Part shown: piece after piece, positions 53,201 to 64,000 of the stretch
Position numbering within the stretch: the first letter of the stretch is position 1
Layout: every line of letters starts with the position of its first letter
From: Eledone cirrhosa
Taxonomy: Eukaryota
Direction: 5' to 3'
Assembly (NCBI GenBank): GCA_964016885.1
Contig: OZ024740.1
Location: forward strand, 420,174,001 to 420,238,000
DNA: 64,000 nt
Program-made: the position numbers and the translations under genes
Notes under the pieces: model-generated
Databases searched by the model: none
What the model was told of the DNA's origin: nothing
What the model saw: the letters and a program-made list of their open reading frames with translations, nothing else

Positions 53201-56200
53201 TGACAATCTACATATGTGGTGGGAAGGATGTAGAGTTGGAGGTGACAGTCTACATATGTGGTGGGAAAGAGGTACAGTTGGAGGTGACAGTCTACATATG
53301 TGGTGGGAATGATGTAGAGTTGGAGGTGACAGTCTACATATGTGGTGGGAATGATGTACAGTTGGAGGTGACAGTCTATATATGTGGTGGGAATGATGTA
53401 CAGTTGGAGGTGACAGTCTACATATGTGGTGGGAATGATGTACAGTTGGAGGTGACAGTCTATATATGTGGTGGGAATGATGTACAGTTGGAGGTGACAG
53501 TCTGCATATGTGGTGGGAATGATGTAGAGTCGGAGGTGAAAATCTACATATGTTGTGGGAATGATGTAGAGTTGGGGGTGACAGTCTACATATGTGGTGG
53601 GAATGATGTAGAGTTGGAGATAACAGTCTACATATGTGGTGGGTCTGATGTACAGTTGGAGGTGACAGTCTACATATGTGGTGGGAATGGTGTAGAGTTG
53701 GAGGTGACAGTCTACATATGTGGCAGGAATGATGTAGAGTTGGAGGTGACAATTTACATATGTGGTGGGAATGATGTAGAGTTGAAGGGGACAGTCTACA
53801 TATGTGGTGGGAATGATGTAGAGTTGGAGGTGACAGTCTACATATGTGGTGGGAATGATGTACTATTGGAGGTGACACTCTACATATGTGGTGGGAATGA
53901 TGTAGAGTTGGAGGTGACAGTCTATATATGTGGTGGGAATGATGTAGAGTTAGAGGTGACAGTCTACAAATTAAGTGGGAATGATGTAGGGTTGGAAGTA
54001 ACAGTCTACATATGTGGTGGGAATGATGTACAGTTGGAGGTGACAGTCTACATATGTAGTGGGAATGATGTACAGTTGGAGGTGACAGTCTACATATGTG
54101 GTGGGAATGATGTAGAGTTGGAGGTGACAATCTACATATGTGGTGGGAATTATGTAGAGTTGGAGGTGACCATCTTCATATGTGGTGGGAATTATGTAGA
54201 GTTGGAGGTGACAATCTACATATGTGGTGGGAATGATGTAGAGTTGGAGGTGGCAATCTACATATGTGGTGGGAAGGATGTAGAGTTGGAGGTGACAGTC
54301 TACATATGTGGTGGGAAAGAGGTACAGTTGGAGGTGACAGTCTACATATGTGGTGGGAATGATGTAGAGTTGGAGGTGACAGTCTACATATGTGGTGGGA
54401 ATGATGTACAGTTGGAGGTGACAGTCTATATATGTGGTGGGAATGATGTACAGTTGGAGGTGACAGTTTACATATGTGGTGGGAATGATGTAGAGTTGGA
54501 GGTGACAGTCTACATATGTGGTGGGAATGATGTAGAGTTGGTGGTGACAGTCTACATATGTGGTGGGAATTGGTAGAGTTGGAGGTGACAGTCTATATAT
54601 GTGGTGGGAATGATGTAGAGTTGGAGGTAACAGTCTACATATGTGGTGGGAAAGAGGTAGTGTTGGAGGTGACAGTCTACATATGTGGTGGGAATTGGTA
54701 GAGTTGGTGGTGACAGTCTACATATGTGGTGGGAATTGGTAGAGTTGGAGGTGACAGTCTACATATGTGGTGGGAATGATGTAGAGTTGGTGGTGACAGT
54801 CTACATATGTGGTGGGAAAGAGGTAGAGTTGGTGGTGACAGTCTACATATGTGGTGGGAATGATGTAGAGTTGGAGGTAACAGTCTACATATGTGGTGGG
54901 AAAGAGGTAGTGTTGGAGGTGACAGTCTACATATGTGGTGGGAATGATGTAGAGTTGGGTGTGACAATCTACATGTGTGGTGGGAAAGAGCTAGAGTTGG
55001 AAGTGACAGTCTACATATGTGGTGAGAAAGAGGTAGAGTTGGAGGTGACAGTCTACATATGTGGTGGGAATGATGTAGAGTTGGAGGTGACAGTCTACAT
55101 ATGTGGTGGGAATGATGTAGAGTTGGAGGTGACAATCTACATATGTGGTGGGAAGGATGTAGAGTTGGAGGTGACAGTCTACATATGTGGTGGGAATGAT
55201 GTAGAGTTGGAGGTGACAATCTACATATGTGGTGGGAAGGATGTAGAGTTGGAGGTGACAGTCTACATATGTGGTGGGAAAGAGGTAGAGTTGGAGGTAA
55301 CAGTCTACATATGTGGTGGGAATGATGTAGAGTTGGAGGTGACAGTCGACATATGTGGTGGGAATGATGTACAGTTGGAGGTGACAGTCTACATATATGG
55401 TGGGAATGATGTACAGTTGGAGGTGACAGTCTACATACATAGGTGGTGGGAATGATGTACAGTTGGAGGTGACAATCTACATATGTGGTGGGTCTGATGT
55501 ACAGTTGGAGGTGACAGTCTACATATGTGGTGGGAATGGTGTAGAGTTGGAGGTGACAGTCTACATATGTGGCAGGAATGATGTAGAGTTGAGGTGACGG
55601 TCTACATATGTGGTGGGAATGATGTAGAATTGAAGGGGACAGTCTGCATATGTGTTGGGAAAGATGTAGAGTTGGAGGTGACAGTCTACATATGTCTTGG
55701 GAATGATGCAGAGTTGCAGGTAACAGTCTACATATGTGGTGGGAATGATGTACAGTTGGAGGTGACAGTCTATATATGTGGTGGGAAAAATGTAGAGTTG
55801 GAGGTGACAGTCTACATATGTGGTGGGTATGATGTAGATTTGGAGATGACAGTCTACATATGTGGTGGGAATGATGTAGAGTTGGATGTGACAGTCTACA
55901 TATGTTGTGGGAATGATGTAGAGTTGGAGGTGACAGTCTACATATGTGGTGGGAATGATGTAGAGTTGGAGGTGAGTCTACATATGTGGTGGGAATGATG
56001 TAGAGTTGGAGGTGACAGTCTACATATGTGGTGGGTATGATGTAGAGTTGGAGGTGATAGTCTACATATGTAGGTGGGAAAGAGGTAGAGTTGGAGGTGA
56101 CAGTCTACAAATGTGGTGGGAATGATGTAGAGTTGGAGGTGACAGTCTACATATGTGGTGGGAAAGAGGTAGAGTTGGAGATGACAGTCTAAATATGTGG

Positions 56201-59200
56201 TGGGAAAGAGGTAGAGTTGGAGGTGACAGTCTACATATGTGGTGCGAAAGAGGTAAACTTTTGGAGGTGACAGTCTACATATGTGGTGGGAAAGAGGTAG
56301 AGTTGGTGGTGACAGTCTACATATGTGGTGGGAATGATGTAGAGTTGGAGGTAACAGTCTACATATGTGGTGGGAAAGAGGTAGTGTTGGAGGTGACAGT
56401 CTACATATGTGGTGGGAATGATGTAGAGTTGGGTGTGACAATCTACATGTGTGGTGGGAAAGAGCTAGAGTTGGAGGTGACAGTCTACATATGTGGTGAG
56501 AAAGAGGTAGAGTTGGAGGTGACACTCTACATATGTGGTGGGAATGATGTAGAGTTGGAGGTGACAGTCTACATATGTGGTGGGAATTATGTAGAGTTGG
56601 AGGTGACAGTCTACATATGTGGTGGGAATGATGTATAGTTGGAGGTGACAGTCTACATATGTGGTGGGAATGATGTAGAGTTGGAGGTGACAATCTACAT
56701 ATGTGGTGGGAAGGATGTAGAGTTGGAGGTGACAGTCTACATATGTGGTGGGAAAGAGGTAGAGTTGGAGGTAACAGTCTACATATGTGGTGGGAATGAT
56801 GTAGAGTTGGAGGTGACAGTCTACATATGTGGTGGGAATGATGTACAGTTGGAGGTGACAGTCTACATATATGGTGGGAATGATGTACAGTTGGAGGTGA
56901 CAGTCTACATACATAGGTGGTGGGAATGATGTACAGTTGGAGGTGACAATCTACATATGTGGTGGGTCTGATGTACAGTTGGAGGTGACAGTCTACATAT
57001 GTGGTGGGAATGGTGTAGAGTTGGAGGTGACAGTCTACATATGTGGCAGGAATGATGTAGAGTTGATGTGACGGTCTACATATGTGGTGGGAATGATGTA
57101 GAATTGAAGGGGACAGTCTGCATATGTGTTGGGAAAGATGTAGAGTTGGAGGTGACAGTCTACATATGTCTTGGGAATGATGCAGAGTTGCAGGTAACAG
57201 TCTACATATGTGGTGGGAATGATGTACAGTTGGAGGTGACAGTCTATATATGTGGTGGGAAAAATGTAGAGTTGGAGGTGACAGTCTACATATGTGGTGG
57301 GTATGATGTAGATTTTGAGATGACAGTCTACATATGTGGTGGGAATGATGTAGAGTTGGATGTGACAGTCTACATATGTTGTGGGAATGATGTAGAGTTG
57401 GAGGTGACAGTCTACATATGTGGTGGGAATGATGTAGAGTTGGAGGTGAGTCTACATATGTGGTGGGAATGATGTATAGTTGGAGGTGACAGTCTACATA
57501 TGTGGTGGGAATGATGTAGAGTTGGTGGTGACAATCTACATATGTGGTGGGAAGGATGTAGAGTTGGAGGTGACAGTCTACATATGTGGTGGGAAAGAGG
57601 TAGAGTTGGAGGTAACAGTCTACATATGTGGTGGGAATGATGTAGAGTTGGAGGTGACAGTCTACATATGTGGTGGGAATGATGTACAGTTGGAAATGAC
57701 AGTCTACATATATGGTGGGAATGATGTACAGTTGGAGGTGACAATCTACATATGTGGTGGGTCTGATGTACAGTTGGAGGTGACAGTCTACATATGTGGT
57801 GGGAATGGTGTAGAGTTGGAGGTGACAGTCTACATATGTGGCAGGAATGATGTAGAGTTGAGGTGACGGTCTACATATGTGGTGGGAATGATGTAGAGTT
57901 GAAGGGGACAGTCTGCATATGTGTTGGGAAAGATGTAGAGTTGGAGGTGACAGTCTACATATGTCTTGGGAATGATGCAGAGTTGCAGGTAACAGTCTAC
58001 ATATGTGGTGGGAATGATGTACAGTTGGAGGTGACAGTCTATATATGTGGTGGGAAAAATGTAGAGTTGGAGGTGACAGTCTACATATGTGGTGGGTATG
58101 ATGTAGATTTGGAGATGACAGTCTACATATGTGGTGGGAATGATGTAGAGTTGGATGTGACAGTCTACATATGTTGTGGGAATGATGTAGAGTTGGAGGT
58201 GACAGTCTACATATGTGGTGGGAATGATGTAGAGTTGGAGGTGAGTCTACATATGTGGTGGGAATGATGTAGAGTTGGAGGTGACAGTCTACATATGTGG
58301 TGGGTATGATGTAGAGTTGGAGGTGATAGTCTACATATGTAGGTGGGAAAGAGGTAGAGTTGGAGGTGACAGTCTACAAATGTGGTGGGAATGATGTAGA
58401 GTTGGAGGTGACAGTCTACATATGTGGTGGGAAAGAGGTAGAGTTGGAGATGACAGTCTAAATATGTGGTGGGAAAGAGGTAGAGTTGGAGGTGACAGTC
58501 TACATATGTGGTGGGAAAGAGGTAGAGTTGGAGGTGACAGTCTACATATGTGGTGGGAAAGAGGTAGAGTTGGAGGTGACATTCTAAATATGTGGTGGGA
58601 ATGATGTAGAGTTGGTGGTGACAGTCTAAATATGTGGTGGGAATGATGTAGAGTTGGTGGTGACAGTCTACATATGTGGTGGGAAAGAGGTAGAGTTGGA
58701 GGTGACAATCTACATATGTGGTGGGAATGATGTAGAGTTGGTGGTGACAGTCTACATATGTGGTGGGAAAGAGGTAGAGTTGGTGGTGATAGTTTACATA
58801 TGTGGTGGGAATGATGTAGAGTTGGAGGTGACAGTCTACATATGTGGTGGGAATGATGTAGAGTTGGAGGTGACAGTCTACATATGTCTTGGGTATGATG
58901 CAGAGTTGCAGGTAACAGTCAACATATGTGGTGGGAATGATGTACAGTTGGAGGTGACAGTCTATATATGTGGTGGGAATGATGTAGAGTTGGAGGTGAC
59001 AGTCTACATATGTGGTGGGAATGATGTAGATTTGGAGATGACAGTCTACATATGTGGTGGGAATGATGTAGAGTTGGAGGTGACAGTCTACATATGTGGT
59101 GGGAATGATATAGAGTTGGAGGTGAGTCTACATATGTGGTGGGAATGATGTAGAATTGGAGGTGGTAGTCTACATATGTAGGTGGGAAAGAGGTAGAGTT

Positions 59201-62200
59201 GGAGGTGACAGTCTACATATGTGGTGGGAATGCTGTAGAGTTGGTGGTGACATTCTACATATGTGGTGGGAACGATGTAGAGTTGGAGGTGACAGTCTAT
59301 ATATGTGGTGGGAATGATGTAGAGTTGGAGGTGACAGTCTACATATGTAGTGGGAATGATGTACAGTTGGAGGTGACAGTCTACATATGTGGTGGGAATG
59401 ATGTAGAGTTGGAGGTGACAATCTACATATGTGGTGGGAATTATGTAGAGTTGGAGGTGACAATCTTCATATGTGGTGGGAATTATGTAGAGTTGGAGGT
59501 GACAATCTACATATGTGGTGGGAATGATGTAGAGTTGGAGGTGGCAATCTACATATGTGGTGGGAAGGATGTAGAGTTGGAGGTGACAGTCTACATATGT
59601 GGTGGGAAAGAGGTACAGTTGGAGGTGACAGTCTACATATGTGGTGGGAATGATGTAGAGTTGGAGGTGACTGTCTACATATGTGGTGGGAATGATGTAC
59701 AGTTGGAGGTGACAGTCTATATATGTGGTGGGAATGATGTACAGTTGGAGGTGACAGTTTACATATGTGGTGGGAATGATGTAGAGTTGGAGGTGACAGT
59801 CTACATATGTGGTGGGAATGATGTAGAGTTGGTGGTGACAGTCTACATATGTGGTGGGAAAGAGGTAGAGTTGGTGGTGACAGTCTACATATGTGGTGGG
59901 AATGATGTAGAGTTGGAGGTAACAGTCTACATATGTGGTGGGAAAGAGGTAGTGTTGGAGGTGACAGTCTACATATGTGGTGGGAATGATGTAGAGTTGG
60001 GTGTGACAATCTACATGTGTGGTGGGAAAGAGCTAGAGTTGGAGGTGACAGTCTACATATGTGGTGAGAAAGAGGTAGAGTTGGAGGTGACACTCTACAT
60101 ATGTGGTGGGAATGATGTAGAGTTGGAGGTGACAGTCTTCATATGTGGTGGGAATTATGTAGAGTTGGAGGTGACAATCTACATATGTGGTGGGAATGAT
60201 GTAGAGTTGGAGGTGGCAATCTACATATGTGGTGGGAAGGATGTAGAGTTGGAGGTGACAGTCTACATATGTGGTGGGAAAGAGGTACAGTTGGAGGTGA
60301 CAGTCTACATATGTGGTGGGAATGATGTAGAGTTGAAGGTGACAGTCTACATATGTGGTGGGAATGATGTACAGTTGGAGGTGACAGTCTATATATGTGG
60401 TGGGAATGATGTACAGTTGGAGGTGACAGTTTACATATGTGGTGGGAATGATGTAGAGTTGGAGGTGACAGTCTACATATGTGGTGGGAATGATGTAGAG
60501 TTGGTGGTGACAGTCTACATATGTGGTGGGAAAGAGGTAGAGTTGGTGGTGACAGTCTACATATGTGGTGGGAATGATGTAGAGTTGGAGGTAACAGTCT
60601 ACATATGTGGTGGGAAAGAGGTAGTGTTGGAGGTGACAGTCTACATATGTGGTGGGAATGATGTAGAGTTGGGTGTGACAATCTACATGTGTGGTGGGAA
60701 AGAGCTAGAGTTGGAGGTGACAGTCTACATATGTGGTGAGAAAGAGGTAGAGTTGGAGGTGACACTCTACATATGTGGTGGGAATGATGTAGAGTTGGAG
60801 GTGACAGTCTACATATGTGGTGGGAATTATGTAGAGTTGGAGGTGACAGTCTACATATGTGGTGGGAATGATGTATAGTTGGAGGTGACAGTCTACATAT
60901 GTGGTGGGAATGATGTAGAGTTGGAGGTGACAATCTACATATGTGGTGGGAAGGATGTAGAGTTGGAGGTGACAGTCTACATATGTGGTGGGAAAGAGGT
61001 AGAGTTGGAGGTAACAGTCTACATATGTGGTGGGAATGATGTAGAGTTGGAGGTGACAGTCTACATATGTGGTGGGAATGATGTACAGTTGGAGGTGACA
61101 GTCTACATATATGGTGGGAATGATGTACAGTTGGAGGTGACAGTCTACATACATAGGTGGTGGGAATGATGTACAGTTGGAGGTGACAATCTACATATGT
61201 GGTGGGTCTGATGTACAGTTGGAGGTGACAGTCTACATATGTGGTGGGAATGGTGTAGAGTTGGAGGTGACAGTCTACATATGTGGCAGGAATGATGTAG
61301 AGTTGAGGTGACGGTCTACATATGTGGTGGGAATGATGTAGAATTGAAGGGGACAGTCTGCATATGTGTTGGGAAAGATGTAGAGTTGGAGGTGACAGTC
61401 TACATATGTCTTGGGAATGATGCAGAGTTGCAGGTAACAGTCTACATATGTGGTGGGAATGATGTACAGTTGGAGGTGACAGTCTATATATGTGGTGGGA
61501 AAAATGTAGAGTTGGAGGTGACAGTCTACATATGTGGTGGGTATGATGTAGATTTGGAGATGACAGTCTACATATGTGGTGGGAATGATGTAGAGTTGGA
61601 TGTGACAGTCTACATATGTTGTGGGAATGATGTAGAGTTGGAGGTGACAGTCTACATATGTGGTGGGAATGATGTAGAGTTGGAGGTGAGTCTACATATG
61701 TGGTGGGAATGATGTATAGTTGGAGGTGACAGTCTACATATGTGGTGGGAATGATGTAGAGTTGGTGGTGACAATCTACATATGTGGTGGGAAGGATGTA
61801 GAGTTGGAGGTGACAGTCTACATATGTGGTGGGAAAGAGGTAGAGTTGGAGGTAACAGTCTACATATGTGGTGGAAATGATGTAGAGTTGGAGGTGACAG
61901 TCTACATATGTGGTGGGAATGATGTACAGTTGGAAATGACAGTCTACATATATGGTGGGAATGATGTACAGTTGGAGGTGACAATCTACATATGTGGTGG
62001 GTCTGATGTACAGTTGGAGGTGACAGTCTACATATGTGGTGGGAATGGTGTAGAGTTGGAGGTGACAGTCTACATATGTGGCAGGAATGATGTAGAGTTG
62101 AGGTGACGGTCTACATATGTGGTGGGAATGATGTAGAGTTGAAGGGGACAGTCTGCATATGTGTTGGGAAAGATGTAGAGTTGGAGGTGACAGTCTACAT

Positions 62201-64000
62201 ATGTCTTGGGAATGATGCAGAGTTGCAGGTAACAGTCTACATATGTGGTGGGAATGATGTACAGTTGGAGGTGACAGTCTATATATGTGGTGGGAAAAAT
62301 GTAGAGTTGGAGGTGACAGTCTACATATGTGGTGGGTATGATGTAGATTTGGAGATGACAGTCTACATATGTGGTGGGAATGATGTAGAGTTGGATGTGA
62401 CAGTCTACATATGTTGTGGGAATGATGTAGAGTTGGAGGTGACAGTCTACATATGTGGTGGGAATGATGTAGAGTTGGAGGTGAGTCTACATATGTGGTG
62501 GGAATGATGTAGAGTTGGAGGTGACAGTCTACATATGTGGTGGGTATGATGTAGAGTTGGAGGTGATAGTCTACATATGTAGGTGGGAAAGAGGTAGAGT
62601 TGGAGGTGACAGACTACAAATGTGGTGGGAATGATGTAGAGTTGGAGGTGACAGTCTACATATGTGGTGGGAAAGAGGTAGAGTTGGAGATGACAGTCTA
62701 AATATGTGGTGGGAAAGAGGTAGAGTTGGAGGTGACAGTCTACATATGTGGTGGGAAAGAGGTAGAGTTGGAGGTGACAGTCTACATATGTGGTGGGAAA
62801 GAGGTAGAGTTGGAGGTGACATTCTAAATATGTGGTGGGAATGATGTAAAGTTGGTGGTGACAGTCTAAATATGTGGTGGGAATGATGTAGAGTTGGTGG
62901 TGACAGTCTACATATGTGGTGGGAAAGAGGTAGAGTTGGAGGTGACAATCTACATATGTGGTGGGAATGATGTAGAGTTGGTGGTGACAGTCTACATATG
63001 TGGTGGGAAAGAGGTAGAGTTGGTGGTGATAGTTTACATATGTGGTGGGAATGATGTAGAGTTGGAGGTGACAGTCTACATATGTGGTGGGAATGATGTA
63101 GAGTTGGAGGTGACAGTCTACATATGTCTTGGGTATGATGCAGAGTTGCAGGTAACAGTCAACATATGTGGTGGGAATGATGTACAGTTGGAGGTGACAG
63201 TCTATATATGTGGTGGGAATGATGTAGAGTTGGAGGTGACAGTCTACATATGTGGTGGGAATGATGTAGATTTGGAGATGACAGTCTACATATGTGGTGG
63301 GAATGATGTAGAGTTGGAGGTGACAGTCTACATATGTGGTGGGAATGATATAGAGTTGGAGGTGAGTCTACATATGTGGTGGGAATGATGTAGAATTGGA
63401 GGTGGTAGTCTACATATGTAGGTGGGAAAGAGGTAGAGTTGGAGGTGACAGTCTACATATGTGGTGGGAATGCTGTAGAGTTGGTGGTGACATTCTACAT
63501 ATGTGGTGGGAACGATGTAGAGTTGGAGGTGACAGTCTATATATGTGGTGGGAATGATGTAGAGTTGGAGGTGACAGTCTACATATGTAGTGGGAATGAT
63601 GTACAGTTGGAGGTGACAGTCAACATATGTGGTGGGAATGATGTAGAGTTGGAGGTGACAATCTACATATGTGGTGGGAATTATGTAGAGTTGGAGGTGA
63701 CAATCTTCATATGTGGTGGGAATTATGTAGAGTTGGAGGTGACAATCTACATATGTGGTGGGAATGATGTAGAGTTGGAGGTGGCAATCTACATATGTGG
63801 TGGGAAGGATGTAGAGTTGGAGGTGACAGTCTACATATGTGGTGGGAAAGAGGTACAGTTGGAGGTGACAGTCTACATATGTGGTGGGAATGATGTAGAG
63901 TTGGAGGTGACAGTCTACATATGTGGTGGGAATGATGTACAGTTGGAGGTGACAGTCTATATATGTGGTGGGAATGATGTACAGTTGGAAGTGACAGTTT
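47247..64000 (+). repeat. Copy 2 of the 39,664-bp-offset duplication, truncated by the window end
   Basis: It has the same order of rare variants as 7583-24336, including the GGTGCGAAAGAGGTAAACTTTTGG monomer seen only in these two copies. I noticed only a few single-base differences. Confidence 0.95.

Larger units (their letters stand above)
1..64000 (+). repeat. 42-bp tandem satellite / very long minisatellite array, about 1,520 head-to-tail monomers, consensus GAGTTGGAGGTGACAGTCTACATATGTGGTGGGAATGATGTA
   Basis: An exact consensus monomer lies at 43-84. The same unit, usually with 0-3 substitutions and occasionally a 1-4 bp indel, continues to position 64000 with no inversion or foreign insertion seen. 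All ORF translations show a 14-aa period. Confidence 0.99.

Noticed and set aside
102-63388. All ORFs in the track (up to 1063 aa) as protein-coding genes
   Set aside because: They are 14-aa translations of the monomer in overlapping frames on both strands. They switch frame at indels, have no unique termini or domains, and their stops and frameshifts are copied faithfully through duplications.
1-64000. CRISPR array (the TCTAC...GTAGA stem resembles the Cas12a repeat stem)
   Set aside because: There are no unique spacers, since both intervals between the arms are conserved. No cas genes or leader are present, and the loop length and 42-bp period do not fit.
1-64000. Variable cassette library (antigenic-variation, DGR or VLR-like diversity system)
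   Set aside because: Variation is low, spread across the monomer, and explained by inherited block duplications. No recombinase, reverse transcriptase, expression site or hypervariable columns are visible.
1-64000. Telomerase-type telomeric repeat
   Set aside because: Although G-skewed, the unit is 42 bp and heterogeneous, with kb-scale inherited variant patterns that do not fit templated telomerase addition. A subtelomeric or recombination-maintained terminal location cannot be excluded.
1-64000. Rolling-circle or concatemer sequencing artefact, or synthetic construct
   Set aside because: Variants recur in ordered, hierarchically nested blocks with different divergence levels. This indicates evolutionary history rather than random read error, though individual large duplications still need read validation.

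Overview
The whole 64 kb window is one uninterrupted, single-orientation tandem array of a 42-bp monomer (consensus GAGTTGGAGGTGACAGTCTACATATGTGGTGGGAATGATGTA, about 1,520 copies). It runs off both window edges. I found no unique sequence, credible genes, RNA genes, transposons or CRISPR spacers. The ORFs in the track come from a 3n-length monomer that has no stop in three of six frames, and they are cut by recurring frameshifts. The informative structure is in the monomer variants, which show nested duplications with offsets of 126, 210, 672, 795, 1344, 1474, 3568/4240, 3862 and 7382 bp. The largest is a near-identical 39,664-bp duplication starting at about 47,247. There is also a more diverged block at about 37-44.6 kb. 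The monomer has a quasi-palindrome, a 7-bp inverted repeat, strong G/C strand skew, no CpG, and cores resembling metazoan transcription-factor sites. A eukaryotic satellite is the most likely identity, but the organism and family cannot be determined from the sequence. I see no support for a new protein-coding system. All alignments were done by eye, so breakpoints are approximate.
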